Positions 26,975-37,610 of a stretch of DNA of 64,000 nt are shown here, piece by piece. Source of the stretch: an uncultured Haliangium sp. (lineage in GTDB: Bacteria > Myxococcota_A > Polyangia > HGW-17); contig CAZRPN010000001.1 of assembly GCA_964601905.1 (NCBI GenBank), positions 33,251 through 97,250 of the forward strand. The letters run 5' to 3'. The position numbers and the translations under genes were made by a program. Each line of letters starts with the position of its first letter. The stretch's first letter is position 1. The notes under the pieces are model-generated. The model searched no databases, was not told the DNA's origin, and saw only the letters and a program-made list of their open reading frames with translations.

Positions 26975-28375
26975 TCATTCACGCAAAATATGCCAGGTCT
27001 GAGGATTGATGCCGTCTGGGCCGGCCATCACCGATCCGTCCGGGTACCGCGCCGTCACGACGGCCTCCCCCTCGAAGATCTCCAGCGTCAGGTAGTGCAG
27101 GACGTTCTCTCCGTATCGCTGGCCCCAGAAGGCCGCGTCGTCCTGGAAGCACTCCTCTGAGCAGTCGTGGTAGAAGGCGCCCTCGCCCCGGGACCAGTTC
27201 GTCTCGGCCAGTTCGTTGATCCGCGCTGCGCTCCATGGACGTTTTTTGAAGGAAAAGGTGCGGTCCACACCGGTCTCCAGATTGTGGAAAACCGCGCTCC
27301 GCGTGCTCTCCGGCCGGCCGAGGATCCCGTATTCGGACTCGAGTCTGGCCCCACCTCCGCCGGTCAGGAAATAGTGGATCGGCGCTCCGGTCGGCTCGTG
27401 GTCCGGCGAGAAGACCCACGGACCGTAGGTGACCTCATAATGCTCGAACATGTGATCGTGCCCGTAGAAGACGGCGTGGACCCGCATGCGATCGAACAGC
27501 GGAATCAACTGGCGCTGCAGCTCGGGATCCATGTTCTCCATGCCGGAGGACAGGATCGAACCGTGGAAAAACACGAAGCGCCACTGTCCGGCATCCCTGG
27601 TGGACTCGAGCTCCTTCTCGAGCCAGGAGAGGTCCCGTCCGGAAAGGGGGCCGTAGAAGGCGTCGAGCAGGAACAGGCGGGCCTCCAGATGCCGCAGCAC
27701 CCGATGGCGTCCGTCCAGGCCCGGCACGAACTCCTGGTGGAAGCCGGCGGCCCAGGAGACGCCTTCGTCGTGGCGCACGTCGTGATTGCCGGGCACCATG
27801 GCCATCGCGGTCCCCTCGGCCAGGCGGGGCAGGACAGAAAGCAGATACTCCCAGGAGACGGCCTCGCTGCCGTTCTGCAGCATGTCCCCGACCTGCACGA
27901 CCCAGTCCGGCGCCTCCTCGCGGATCCGATCGAGGATCATGCGCGCGCTCTCCAGGGTGCTTTCGTCCACGGGCTGCAGATCGCCGAGAACGACCAGTTT
28001 CAGGGGCCACACACGATCGGGGACCTTCAGCGAGAAGAGTTGTTCACCGAATGGATGACGATCCGATTCGGGCCTGTAGAAGAGGGTCTCCCCGGGCATC
28101 AGGTTCAGGTGCACGCGGCGCAGGGCGCCGTCGGTGTCGGCCTCGAGGCTGCGGGAAAGGACGGTGGAGTTGATCGAAAACGCAAGTGACGCACCCTCAT
28201 GACGGGCACTGAGCCATGAGATGCAGATGCGGAACGGATCGGCGCCCACCAGCGTCACCCAGGGACCCAGGTCCACGCCGAGACCCTGCTTCAGGGGTTC
28301 CATGGAGGAGAGCGTGGTCGGTTCGCAGGCCGCCATGAAGGAACAGAGGACCATCAGGAGGAGAAGTCGGAACAT
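26975..28375 (-). CDS. Secreted calcineurin-like metallophosphoesterase (purple-acid-phosphatase-like) lipoprotein
   Basis: Signal and lipobox MFRLLLLMVLCSFMAAC; metallophosphoesterase motifs GDLQ..D, GNHD, FFHG, GHDHMFEH. Confidence 0.8.
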   Translation of the reverse strand: MFRLLLLMVLCSFMAACEPTTLSSMEPLKQGLGVDLGPWVTLVGADPFRICISWLSARHEGASLAFSINSTVLSRSLEADTDGALRRVHLNLMPGETLFYRPESDRHPFGEQLFSLKVPDRVWPLKLVVLGDLQPVDESTLESARMILDRIREEAPDWVVQVGDMLQNGSEAVSWEYLLSVLPRLAEGTAMAMVPGNHDVRHDEGVSWAAGFHQEFVPGLDGRHRVLRHLEARLFLLDAFYGPLSGRDLSWLEKELESTRDAGQWRFVFFHGSILSSGMENMDPELQRQLIPLFDRMRVHAVFYGHDHMFEHYEVTYGPWVFSPDHEPTGAPIHYFLTGGGGARLESEYGILGRPESTRSAVFHNLETGVDRTFSFKKRPWSAARINELAETNWSRGEGAFYHDCSEECFQDDAAFWGQRYGENVLHYLTLEIFEGEAVVTARYPDGSVMAGPDGINPQTWHILRE

Positions 28376-28396
28376 GTCGGATCCCTTTCGGGGTGA

Positions 28397-29716
28397 TCAG
28401 GTTTTTTCCACCAGCTCGGACAGGAGCCGCCAGGTCTCTGCATAGCCGGTAGCCTCGGGACCCTGCCGGCAGAAGGCGTCGAGGGCGGACGAGCGGGCGA
28501 CGGCCTCGTCAAGCAGGGGATCGGCGCCCGGGGACACCGCGCCCACGCGCAGCAGATCGCGGGCCGAGCTCCGGGCGGCCAGCCAGGATCGGGCGCGTCG
28601 TGCCTGCTCCTGCTGGGTCCGGTTCGTGACGCGCCCGGCCATGCGGGAGATGCTGCGGGGCACGTCGATGGCGGGATAGTGGCCCACCTCGGCCAGCTCC
28701 CGCGAGAGGATCAGGTGCCCGTCGAGGAGGCCGCGCACCTCGTCGGCCACCGGTTCTTCCATGTCGCCCCCCTCGACGAGCACGGTGTACACGCCGGTGA
28801 TGGATCCGCGGGTGCCGGTGCCGGCCCGTTCGAGCAGGCGGGGAAGGCCGGCGAAGACCGACGGAGGATAACCGCGTCGCGCCGGAGGCTGGCCCATCTG
28901 CAGGTGGATCTCCCGCAGGGCACGGGCCATCCGGGTGAGCGAATCCACCAGCAGCAGCACCCTCGCGCCGCGGTCGCGGAACCACTCGGCGATGGTCGTG
29001 GCGCACAGGGGGGCCAGCGCCCTCACCAGCGCGGGCTGGTCGGAGGTGGCCACCACCAGGACGCAGTTCCCGCGGTCGGACTCCGGCAGGTTGTCGTGCA
29101 GGAACTCCACCACCTCGCGTCCGCGTTCCCCCACCAGGCACACGACGGAGAGGTCGGCCTGCGCCTGCCGCGCCAGCTGGCCCATCAGGTGGCTCTTTCC
29201 AACCCCGGATCCTGCGAACAGGCCGACGCGCTGGCCGAGGGCCAGCGTACAAAGACCGTCGATCGCGCGCACGCCGGTGACAAAAGGCGCGTCGGCGAGG
29301 GGACGATCCAGGGGGGCGGGGGCGGGGGCGTCGAAGGGGAGCCGGTCACCGCGGACCGGATCACCGTGATCCACGGGACGGCCCTTGCCGTCGAGGATCC
29401 GACCCCGCAGTTGTTCGGACACGATCACCCCGGATTCCAGGCCCGGTCGCACGCTCCATCCCGGCCCGATGCCCGTCAGCGGTCCGATGGGGCTGCACCA
29501 GACATCCTCCCCGTCGAAGCCGGTCACCTCCGCCGGCAGTTGACCGCGGCCATCAGGGGAGATCAACTCCACCCACTCTCCCATGCGCGGTTCCGGGAGC
29601 CGGATCCGGACCAGGCAGCCGTCGACGCCGCAGACCCTGCCGAGGACGGGAGGCCGCACGACCTCATCGGACAGGCGTTGCGCCCGATCGAAGAAATCAT
29701 CCAGGGACGGACTCAT
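28397..29716 (-). CDS. FliI/SctN-family ATPase (flagellar / type III secretion ATPase homologue). Start MSPSLDDFF...
   Basis: Walker A AGSGVGKSHLMGQLA (the T3SS-ATPase type, not F1), Walker B VLLLVDSLTRMARALREI, N-terminal beta-barrel domain AEVTGFDGEDVWCSPIGPLTGIGPGWSV. About 440 aa. Confidence 0.8.
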   Translation of the reverse strand: MSPSLDDFFDRAQRLSDEVVRPPVLGRVCGVDGCLVRIRLPEPRMGEWVELISPDGRGQLPAEVTGFDGEDVWCSPIGPLTGIGPGWSVRPGLESGVIVSEQLRGRILDGKGRPVDHGDPVRGDRLPFDAPAPAPLDRPLADAPFVTGVRAIDGLCTLALGQRVGLFAGSGVGKSHLMGQLARQAQADLSVVCLVGERGREVVEFLHDNLPESDRGNCVLVVATSDQPALVRALAPLCATTIAEWFRDRGARVLLLVDSLTRMARALREIHLQMGQPPARRGYPPSVFAGLPRLLERAGTGTRGSITGVYTVLVEGGDMEEPVADEVRGLLDGHLILSRELAEVGHYPAIDVPRSISRMAGRVTNRTQQEQARRARSWLAARSSARDLLRVGAVSPGADPLLDEAVARSSALDAFCRQGPEATGYAETWRLLSELVEKT

Positions 29717-30371
29717 GGGACACCTGTTCGAGCTCCCGCTCAAGGACCGTTGCCAGCGCAGGAAACCGGGCGTCGGTTCGAAGCCCGGGCGTCTCCAGGA
29801 TGACCTCCCCGGGAGCGAGGCGGTCATCATCGCGCAATTGGAAGCGGACATGTCCGAAGGTCGAACCGGCCCGCTGCATGACTCGGGAAAGGCGACCGGC
29901 GTCGGTCGGATGATGGATCAGCGTGATCTCCTCGGTGGGCATGAGCTCCCCGAGCAGGCGCATGACCCAGTCGGAGAAGATCTCCGGCGAGGAGGTCAGT
30001 TCGCGGCCCAGCATGCGCATCGCAAGCCGGGAGGCCAGCCCGGGAAGCCGCCTGATGAGGTCCTGTTTCAACCTGTCCAGCTCGGCGTCGTGGTGGCGCA
30101 GTTGCGCGGAAAACCACCGGCCGTTCTGCTCCAGCGCCTCCCTGCGTCCCTGCCGGAAGCCCTCCTCGCGGGCCTGCTCGCGGACCTCGTCCAGCCGGCT
30201 CCATTCCCCGTCGAGGCGACTTCGCTGGTCCTCGAGATCCCGGAGCCTGTCAAACTCCATCGGTCCCATCCGCACCGGCCAGGGGCGAAGGTTGATCTCA
30301 CCGGCGACGAGCTCCCGGGCCGTCAGTTGGGTCACAGGATCGGTGAGATCCCCGAATTCAGACCCGTTCAT
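29697..30371 (-). CDS. FliH/SctL-like stator protein (T3SS/flagellar ATPase regulator homologue)
   Basis: Coiled-coil N-terminal half and a FliH-like C-terminus (APGEVILETPGLRTDARFPALATVLERELE). The start ATGA overlaps the nadA stop, and the 3' end overlaps the ATPase start by about 20 bp. Confidence 0.6.
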   Translation of the reverse strand: MNGSEFGDLTDPVTQLTARELVAGEINLRPWPVRMGPMEFDRLRDLEDQRSRLDGEWSRLDEVREQAREEGFRQGRREALEQNGRWFSAQLRHHDAELDRLKQDLIRRLPGLASRLAMRMLGRELTSSPEIFSDWVMRLLGELMPTEEITLIHHPTDAGRLSRVMQRAGSTFGHVRFQLRDDDRLAPGEVILETPGLRTDARFPALATVLERELEQVSHESVPG

Positions 30372-31300
30372 GGGATCGCCAGCATCCTTTCGATGGCGCC
30401 GCGGGCCCGGTCGGCGACGTCGGCGTCGACGGTGATCCGGTGCTTCAGGTGCATGAGGGCGTCGCGCACGTGAACCAGCCGCGTCATCTTCATGTTGGCG
30501 CAGACGAGATCGGGGCCCGCCGGGATCAGCACGAGGTCCGGCCGGGCGCTCTGCAGGCGGTTGATCATGCCCACCTCGGTGCCCAGGATCACCCGCTGTC
30601 CGTGGGCAAACGACGCGACCCGGCGCAGCATGCCGCCGGTGCTCTCCACGAAGTCGGCGCTCTCGCAGACGGCCAGATCGCACTCGGGGTGCACCATCAC
30701 GACGGCGTCCGGGAACTGCTCCCGCTTCTGAAGGAGATCTGCCGGCAGGATCCGCTGGTGGACGGGACAGAAGCCCGGCCAGAACGCGACCTTCCGGTGC
30801 AGATCCCGCGTCACCCATTCCCCGAGGTGGCGATCCGGGACGAACAGGATCGTGCGCTCCGGCGGGATGGACTCCACCACCGCACGGGCGTTGGCGCTGG
30901 TGCAACAGACATCGGACAGGGCCTTGATCCCGGCGGTGGAGTTGACATAGGTCACGGTGACGGCGCCGGGATGGGCGGCCTGGAATTCACGCAGCTCGTC
31001 GGGCGTGATCATGTCGGCCATCGGACAGCCGGCCTCGGCGACCGGGAGCAGCACCGTCCTGCCGGGCGCCAGGATCGCTGCGGTCTCGGCCATGAAGTGC
31101 ACGCCGCAGAACACGATGACCTCCGCATCGACGGCGGCCGCCTTCCGGGAAAGCTCCAGGGAGTCCCCGGTGAAGTCGGCGATGTCCTGGACCTCGGCCA
31201 GTTCGTAGTTGTGCGCCAGGATCACGGCATTGCGCCGGAGGCGGAGCTGGGAGATTTCATCGATCAGTTGCTGGTTGTGCGGGGGCACCGAGACGGCCAT
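30368..31300 (-). CDS. nadA: Quinolinate synthase A
   Basis: ILAHNYELAEVQDIADFTGDSLELS, VFCGVHFMAET, VHPEC, type II NadA features. Confidence 0.9.
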   Translation of the reverse strand: MAVSVPPHNQQLIDEISQLRLRRNAVILAHNYELAEVQDIADFTGDSLELSRKAAAVDAEVIVFCGVHFMAETAAILAPGRTVLLPVAEAGCPMADMITPDELREFQAAHPGAVTVTYVNSTAGIKALSDVCCTSANARAVVESIPPERTILFVPDRHLGEWVTRDLHRKVAFWPGFCPVHQRILPADLLQKREQFPDAVVMVHPECDLAVCESADFVESTGGMLRRVASFAHGQRVILGTEVGMINRLQSARPDLVLIPAGPDLVCANMKMTRLVHVRDALMHLKHRITVDADVADRARGAIERMLAIP

Positions 31301-31355
31301 GGATTCTCCTCCGATCGGGTCATGACGGCGTTCTTGTCACAGCATCGGAGAGAAA

Positions 31356-32333
31356 TCAAGTGGGGATGTGTCCGGCCTGATCATCCACGCGGCGGCAGGC
31401 GACCAGGACCTTGCCGGCGTTCTGCAGGGCCGGGGTCCAATCCAGGCAGTCCCGGTCGCGGCGGGTGCAGCGGGCGGCATAGGGACATCCGGTGTCCGAG
31501 GGTCCGGGCAGTGCAGTCGTGCGTGCATCGGGCAGCGGCCCGTTGCAGGCTTCGAGCAGATCCCGGGTGTAGGGATGATTTGGATGGTTGAATACATCCC
31601 GGGCCGCCCCGCATTCCACCACGCGCCCGGCATAGAGCACGGCCACATGGTCGCACAACTGCGAAACCAGCGGCAGATCATGGGAGATGAACACGAGCGT
31701 CAGCCCGGACTTCTTGTGCAGGTCCAGCAGGAGTTGAAGGATCTGACCCTGCACCGACAGGTCCAGCGCCGCGGTGGGTTCATCCGCGATGAGCACCTCC
31801 GGCGAGAGGGTCATGGCGCGTGCGATGGCCAGGCGCTGACGCTGACCGCCGGACATCCGTCTCGGATGCCCCGACAGGGTCTCCTCGTCGAGCCCCACCT
31901 GCCGGAGCACCTCCCGGCAGCGGCCGAGCCGTTCTCCGGCGTCCTCCCAGCCGTGGATGATCAGCGGCTCCTCCAGGATCCTCCGGTTGTCGAACCGCGG
32001 ATCGAACGAGGAGATGGGATCCTGGAAGACCGGCTGGATCCGGCAGCGGAGTTTTCTCAACTCGGTCCCAGAAATTCCGGCGAGATCCCGCCCGAACCAG
32101 CGCACCGATCCCGCCCGAAGGGGGAGCAATCCCAGAAGCGCCCGCATGAGCGTGGATTTTCCGCTGCCTGATTCACCAACGATCGCCCATTTTTCTGAAC
32201 GTTTCATACTGATGGTAACATCCCTGAGCGCGGGTCGATCCCCACCGGGAAAGCGGAGCGTGCCGGAGACGATTTCCAGCACGCAGGGGATTTGGGGGGA
32301 ATTCGTGACGGTTCCGGAGGTTTCTGCGACCAT
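31356..32333 (-). CDS. ABC transporter ATP-binding protein of the oligopeptide/dipeptide (OppF/DppF) type with a C-terminal extension domain. No cognate permease in the window.
   Basis: Walker A GESGSGKST, signature LSGGQRQRLAIARA, Walker B LIADEPTAALD, C-terminal NHPNHPYTRDLL...C...C oligopeptide-ATPase tail. Confidence 0.8.
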   Translation of the reverse strand: MVAETSGTVTNSPQIPCVLEIVSGTLRFPGGDRPALRDVTISMKRSEKWAIVGESGSGKSTLMRALLGLLPLRAGSVRWFGRDLAGISGTELRKLRCRIQPVFQDPISSFDPRFDNRRILEEPLIIHGWEDAGERLGRCREVLRQVGLDEETLSGHPRRMSGGQRQRLAIARAMTLSPEVLIADEPTAALDLSVQGQILQLLLDLHKKSGLTLVFISHDLPLVSQLCDHVAVLYAGRVVECGAARDVFNHPNHPYTRDLLEACNGPLPDARTTALPGPSDTGCPYAARCTRRDRDCLDWTPALQNAGKVLVACRRVDDQAGHIPT

Positions 32334-32483
32334 GGCACCGGCAGTTTACGTCGTTTTTCCCGAGTTGCGAAAAAACACCCATGATCTTGATCATTTCCTC
32401 CGGGTCCATTTCATGTTAGAACCACAGAGCAAAATCGGGTGGATACACTTTTGCGGATGGGTTCTGTCGACTGGAGGATTTCA

Positions 32484-34610
32484 ATGCTGAAAAAAGTTCT
32501 GTTGCATGTCTGCTTGCTTGCTGCCCTGCTGGTTTCCCCGGTCGTACGGGCTTCAGAACCGGGCTCCGGCGCATCTTCCGTTCCTGACCCCGCTCCCGTC
32601 GCGCCGGTCGTGGACACCCCCGCGCCGGCACCGGCCGCGCCGGCTGCGACGCCGGATCCCGCCCCTGTGTCCGCCCCCAACGCCCCGGTGTCCACGCTCG
32701 CGGCCGGCACGGGTCTGTTCCAGACGCTCACGGCCGTGCCGGGCACCCCCTGGACCTTCGCCCTCGCGCTCCACATGGAGTACTTCCGGTACAGCAACTT
32801 CCTGGTGGCCAACCAGAACGAGACCAACACGCGCACCGCCGGCGGCGTGCACTTCAGCATGTTTTTCCCGCACGCCATCGAGGCGTTCGCGACAATCTAC
32901 TCGATGAGCAACATCAACGATCGGCAGCACATCGCCGAGAACAACGAGCCCTCGACCCAGATGGCGCTGGGGGATCTGTTGTTCGGCGCCAAGTACAGCC
33001 ACCGGGTCACGCCCTTCCTGAATGTGGGCGGCGCGCTGGTCGGGCGCCTGTACTCGGGCATGGCCGAGGCCGGTCCGGACTTCTCCGCCACCTCCGTGGG
33101 ATTTCACCTGCTGGCCTCCCTCGACGGCCGCACGCTGGCCCCGAAGGCCCCGGTGCCGTTTCTCGTTCACCTGAACCTCGGTTATGTTTATGACGGATCC
33201 TCCAATGTCCAGGGCGATGTGCCCCGCTCCTCGGATTACTCGACGGTCGAGCCGCTGTACGGCTACATGGTCCAGGCCTTCGCCCTGGGCGTCTCCCAGA
33301 GCCGGCTGCAGTTCAGCCTGGGTCTCGAGATGCCTTTCCGGGTGAAGAACATGACCCTCTCCCCGGTGCTGGAATACGGCTTCCGCTATTACACCGACGG
33401 CGCCGACGACACGCTGATGGGCTGGCGGCACCGCGTGGCCGTCAACGGCAACGTGGCCGCGGACGACACCTTCTCCCAGAACTTGATGGTGGGCGTGCGC
33501 TGGCACATCCGTCCGCAGCTGGCGCTCTCCGCCGGCGTCGATCTGGCGCTGGACTACCCCGGCTATGCCGTGGCTCCGCCGCTGCCCGTGTACAACGTGT
33601 TCGCCATGCTGTCCTACCACGTGGCCGAATCGAAGGGTCCCTGCGTGGCCGAGATCCGCGAGGTCGTGCGGGAGGTTGATCGCACGCCGCCGGTGGTGCC
33701 CATGGGCACCATCCGCGGAAAGGTCACCGACGAGAAGGGCACCCCGATCGAGGGCGCCACCATCGACTTCGTGGGCACCCAGCTGCCTCGCCAGGCCACG
33801 GACGCCCAGGGCACCTTCACCTCCATTCCGGTCAAGCCGGGCAACTACACCGTGCGCGTCGGCAAGAAGGACTATCACGACCAGGACCTCCAGGTCACCG
33901 TGGTGCGCACCGATTCCCCCACCGATGTCACCATGCAGCTCAAGGCCAAGGGCCCCGAGGTCTGCTCGATCTACGTCTTCGTGAAGGATGAGGAGGGCAA
34001 GGCCGTCGGCGGAACCCTCAGGGTCGAGGGCAAGTCCATGGACGAGAAGGAAGTCAAGCAGGAAGTCCCCCTGTCGGCCGAAGGCAAGGCCGAGGTGAAG
34101 GTGTTCCCGGGGGCCTATGAAATCATCTACAGCGAGCCCGAGCACCTGACGCGCTCTTCCACGGTCACCCTTCCGAAGTGCACGGTCACCCCGGTGGAGA
34201 TGATCGTGAAGAAGAAGCCGGCCAAGTCCACGGCCCAGATCAACCGCAAGCAGCGGCAGATCACCATCACCGAGCGGATCCAGTTCAAGCTCGACAGCGC
34301 CGAGCTGCTCGCCGAGAGCCTGATCATCCTCGACGAGGTGGCCGCGCTCATGATTGACAACCCCGAGATCCTCGAGCTCGAGGTCCAGGGGCACACCGAC
34401 GACAAGGGCAAGGCCGATCACAACCTGAAACTGAGCCAGGATCGCGCCGACGCCGTTCGCGAATACATCATCAAGCAGGGCGTCAAGGGCGACCGGCTGA
34501 CCGCGAAGGGATACGGGCACACCAAGCCCCGGTTCGCCAACATTTCGTCGCGGCTGCGGGAGAAAAACCGTCGCGTCGAGTTCAAAATCAACAAGATGAA
34601 GGAAGACTGA
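32484..34610 (+). CDS. OmpA-family outer-membrane protein: signal peptide, Pro/Ala-rich linker, beta-barrel-like region, carboxypeptidase-regulatory-like domains, C-terminal OmpA peptidoglycan-binding domain
   Basis: Signal MLKKVLLHVCLLAALLVSPVVRA; CarbopepD-reg-like GTIRGKVTDEKGTPIEGATIDF...PGNYTVRV; OmpA C-terminal motif LEVQGHTDDKG...NLKLSQDRADAVREYI...NRRVEF. Confidence 0.8.
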   Translation: MLKKVLLHVCLLAALLVSPVVRASEPGSGASSVPDPAPVAPVVDTPAPAPAAPAATPDPAPVSAPNAPVSTLAAGTGLFQTLTAVPGTPWTFALALHMEYFRYSNFLVANQNETNTRTAGGVHFSMFFPHAIEAFATIYSMSNINDRQHIAENNEPSTQMALGDLLFGAKYSHRVTPFLNVGGALVGRLYSGMAEAGPDFSATSVGFHLLASLDGRTLAPKAPVPFLVHLNLGYVYDGSSNVQGDVPRSSDYSTVEPLYGYMVQAFALGVSQSRLQFSLGLEMPFRVKNMTLSPVLEYGFRYYTDGADDTLMGWRHRVAVNGNVAADDTFSQNLMVGVRWHIRPQLALSAGVDLALDYPGYAVAPPLPVYNVFAMLSYHVAESKGPCVAEIREVVREVDRTPPVVPMGTIRGKVTDEKGTPIEGATIDFVGTQLPRQATDAQGTFTSIPVKPGNYTVRVGKKDYHDQDLQVTVVRTDSPTDVTMQLKAKGPEVCSIYVFVKDEEGKAVGGTLRVEGKSMDEKEVKQEVPLSAEGKAEVKVFPGAYEIIYSEPEHLTRSSTVTLPKCTVTPVEMIVKKKPAKSTAQINRKQRQITITERIQFKLDSAELLAESLIILDEVAALMIDNPEILELEVQGHTDDKGKADHNLKLSQDRADAVREYIIKQGVKGDRLTAKGYGHTKPRFANISSRLREKNRRVEFKINKMKED

Positions 34611-34631
34611 TTTTCCGCAAAGGAGTGCAAT

Positions 34632-34982
34632 ATGGCGCAAAAAAACGTAGTCGTTACAGCATTACCCTGGGTGGTCACCATCTTCACGGCCGCCATCCTG
34701 CTGATCGTGACCGTCTCATTCGACGGTGCGCGGTTCGGACAGGTCTGGCCCGCGATTCCGATGGCCCTGTTCTTCTCGTTCGCGCTCCAGGCGTTTTTGA
34801 CCGACGCCACGAGCTGGATGCCGGGCGCGGCCTTCCTCGGCAGCTTCTTCCTGTTCTGGCTGCTGGCGAAGATGGACGTCATGCCGATGGGCAAGAGCTG
34901 GCCCTTCCTGGTGCTGATCGCCGGCCTGCTGGTCGTGATGGGCATCCTGATCTCGAGGAACGCGAAGGAAAAAAAGGAATAA
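34632..34982 (+). CDS. Small membrane protein (4 TM helices), hypothetical
   Basis: Hydrophobic helices; GGAGTG RBS. Confidence 0.5.
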   Translation: MAQKNVVVTALPWVVTIFTAAILLIVTVSFDGARFGQVWPAIPMALFFSFALQAFLTDATSWMPGAAFLGSFFLFWLLAKMDVMPMGKSWPFLVLIAGLLVVMGILISRNAKEKKE

Positions 34983-34995
34983 AAGGAGTTACCTC

Positions 34996-35481
34996 ATGGC
35001 GGTTCTTGATTACATCATTCCAGGATATAAAGGCTATAGACAAAGAACTGAGAGCCGGGGCACGGATCGGGCGTTCCGCGACTACATGGCCGCGAAGTTG
35101 AAGGCGTCCCACGATGAACTCGAGCAGTTGAAGATGCAGATCTCCATGGACATCGGCAAGATCGATCTGCTGACCGACGCCGAGCAGTGCACCGCCCTGC
35201 TGACCAAGGTGCGCGACCGGCTTCGCTGGGCCAACCAGGGCTTCGCCGGCACGTTGATGGGCAGCTCCGAGGAGACCGAGGCGATCCAGGCCGTGGAGAA
35301 GTTCGATCAGGATCTGGAGACCCTGCGGGAGAACATCCAGACGCAGTTGATGAACCTGACGTCTTCGGTCCTGACGGCGGAGAACCCGAAGGCGCTGTTC
35401 TTCCAGTTGATGGCGGCCCTGCGGTGGATGGATAATCACCTCAATGAGCGCGAGAACCTGATCCGCAAGCTGCTGCACTGA
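34996..35481 (+). CDS. Hypothetical cytoplasmic helical protein (161 aa)
   Basis: ORF with an RBS (AAGGAG) just upstream; helical composition. Confidence 0.5.
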   Translation: MAVLDYIIPGYKGYRQRTESRGTDRAFRDYMAAKLKASHDELEQLKMQISMDIGKIDLLTDAEQCTALLTKVRDRLRWANQGFAGTLMGSSEETEAIQAVEKFDQDLETLRENIQTQLMNLTSSVLTAENPKALFFQLMAALRWMDNHLNERENLIRKLLH

Positions 35482-35584
35482 AGAAGTCCGGTTTTCAGCT
35501 TGCACCGCCGGACGGTTTGATGCTTTGATCCGGTGCGGTAACCCCAGACGACGCGAGGTTGAACCTCGGGTTGGGAGGAACAGA

Positions 35585-36904
<1,320 letters not shown>

Positions 36905-36936
36905 TTGAATGGTAGTTCATTGAGTGGAGGGCCAGC

Positions 36937-37593
36937 ATGACAAATGTTCAAAATCTCGTCGCTTCCGTTCTGTATCAGGACGTGCAGATTGCACGGAACC
37001 TTTCGTTCTCCGAGCTATCCATGGAGAACGCCGTCCTGGAGATGCCCGAGCCGTTGCCGGTGGCTTCCGAGCTTTCCGTGATATTTGACCATCCCGAGGG
37101 GAAGGTCCAGGGCGCGGCCGTGGTGACACGGGTCCGTGAGAGCCGCGCCTCCGGTGAGGCCGGTCAGATGCACCTGCGCTGGGTGGAGTTCTCCGACGCC
37201 GGTTTTGCCACGCTCGCGGGCTGGGTGTCCGAGCCGGGCGCCGCGGCTCCCCGGAAACCCGCGCCGGAGCCCGTGGTCGCTGCCGCGCCGGAGCCGGTGG
37301 TCGACGCCGCGCCCGAGGCCGTGGTCGCTGCCGCGCCGGAGCCCGTGGTTGACGCAGTCCCATCGCGGGTGGTCGACGAGATCGAGAGCACCATCCCCAT
37401 TGATCCCGGGGCCACGTCCCTCGATCTTCCCGCCATCCCCGACGCCCAATCCACTGAGGACACGGCTGCCCATGACGGTTCCGCGGACGGCACCGGCGAA
37501 GAAGGCGCCTCGGCCGACGACGACGGTTCCCCGTCCGGCGACGAGGAAGGCGGAGACAAGAAGAAACGCCGCCGTCGCACGAAGAAGAAGTAG
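36937..37593 (+). CDS. Hypothetical protein: small N-terminal beta domain, (AAPEPVVDA)-like repeats, acidic Asp/Gly/Ser tail and polybasic C-terminus KKKRRRRTKKK
   Basis: ORF with a GGAGGG RBS; internal 27-bp repeats (GCCGCGCCGGAGCCCGTGGTCGACGCC x about 4). Confidence 0.5.
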   Translation: MTNVQNLVASVLYQDVQIARNLSFSELSMENAVLEMPEPLPVASELSVIFDHPEGKVQGAAVVTRVRESRASGEAGQMHLRWVEFSDAGFATLAGWVSEPGAAAPRKPAPEPVVAAAPEPVVDAAPEAVVAAAPEPVVDAVPSRVVDEIESTIPIDPGATSLDLPAIPDAQSTEDTAAHDGSADGTGEEGASADDDGSPSGDEEGGDKKKRRRRTKKK

Positions 37594-37610
37594 TCTTCCC
37601 AGGCTCCCTG

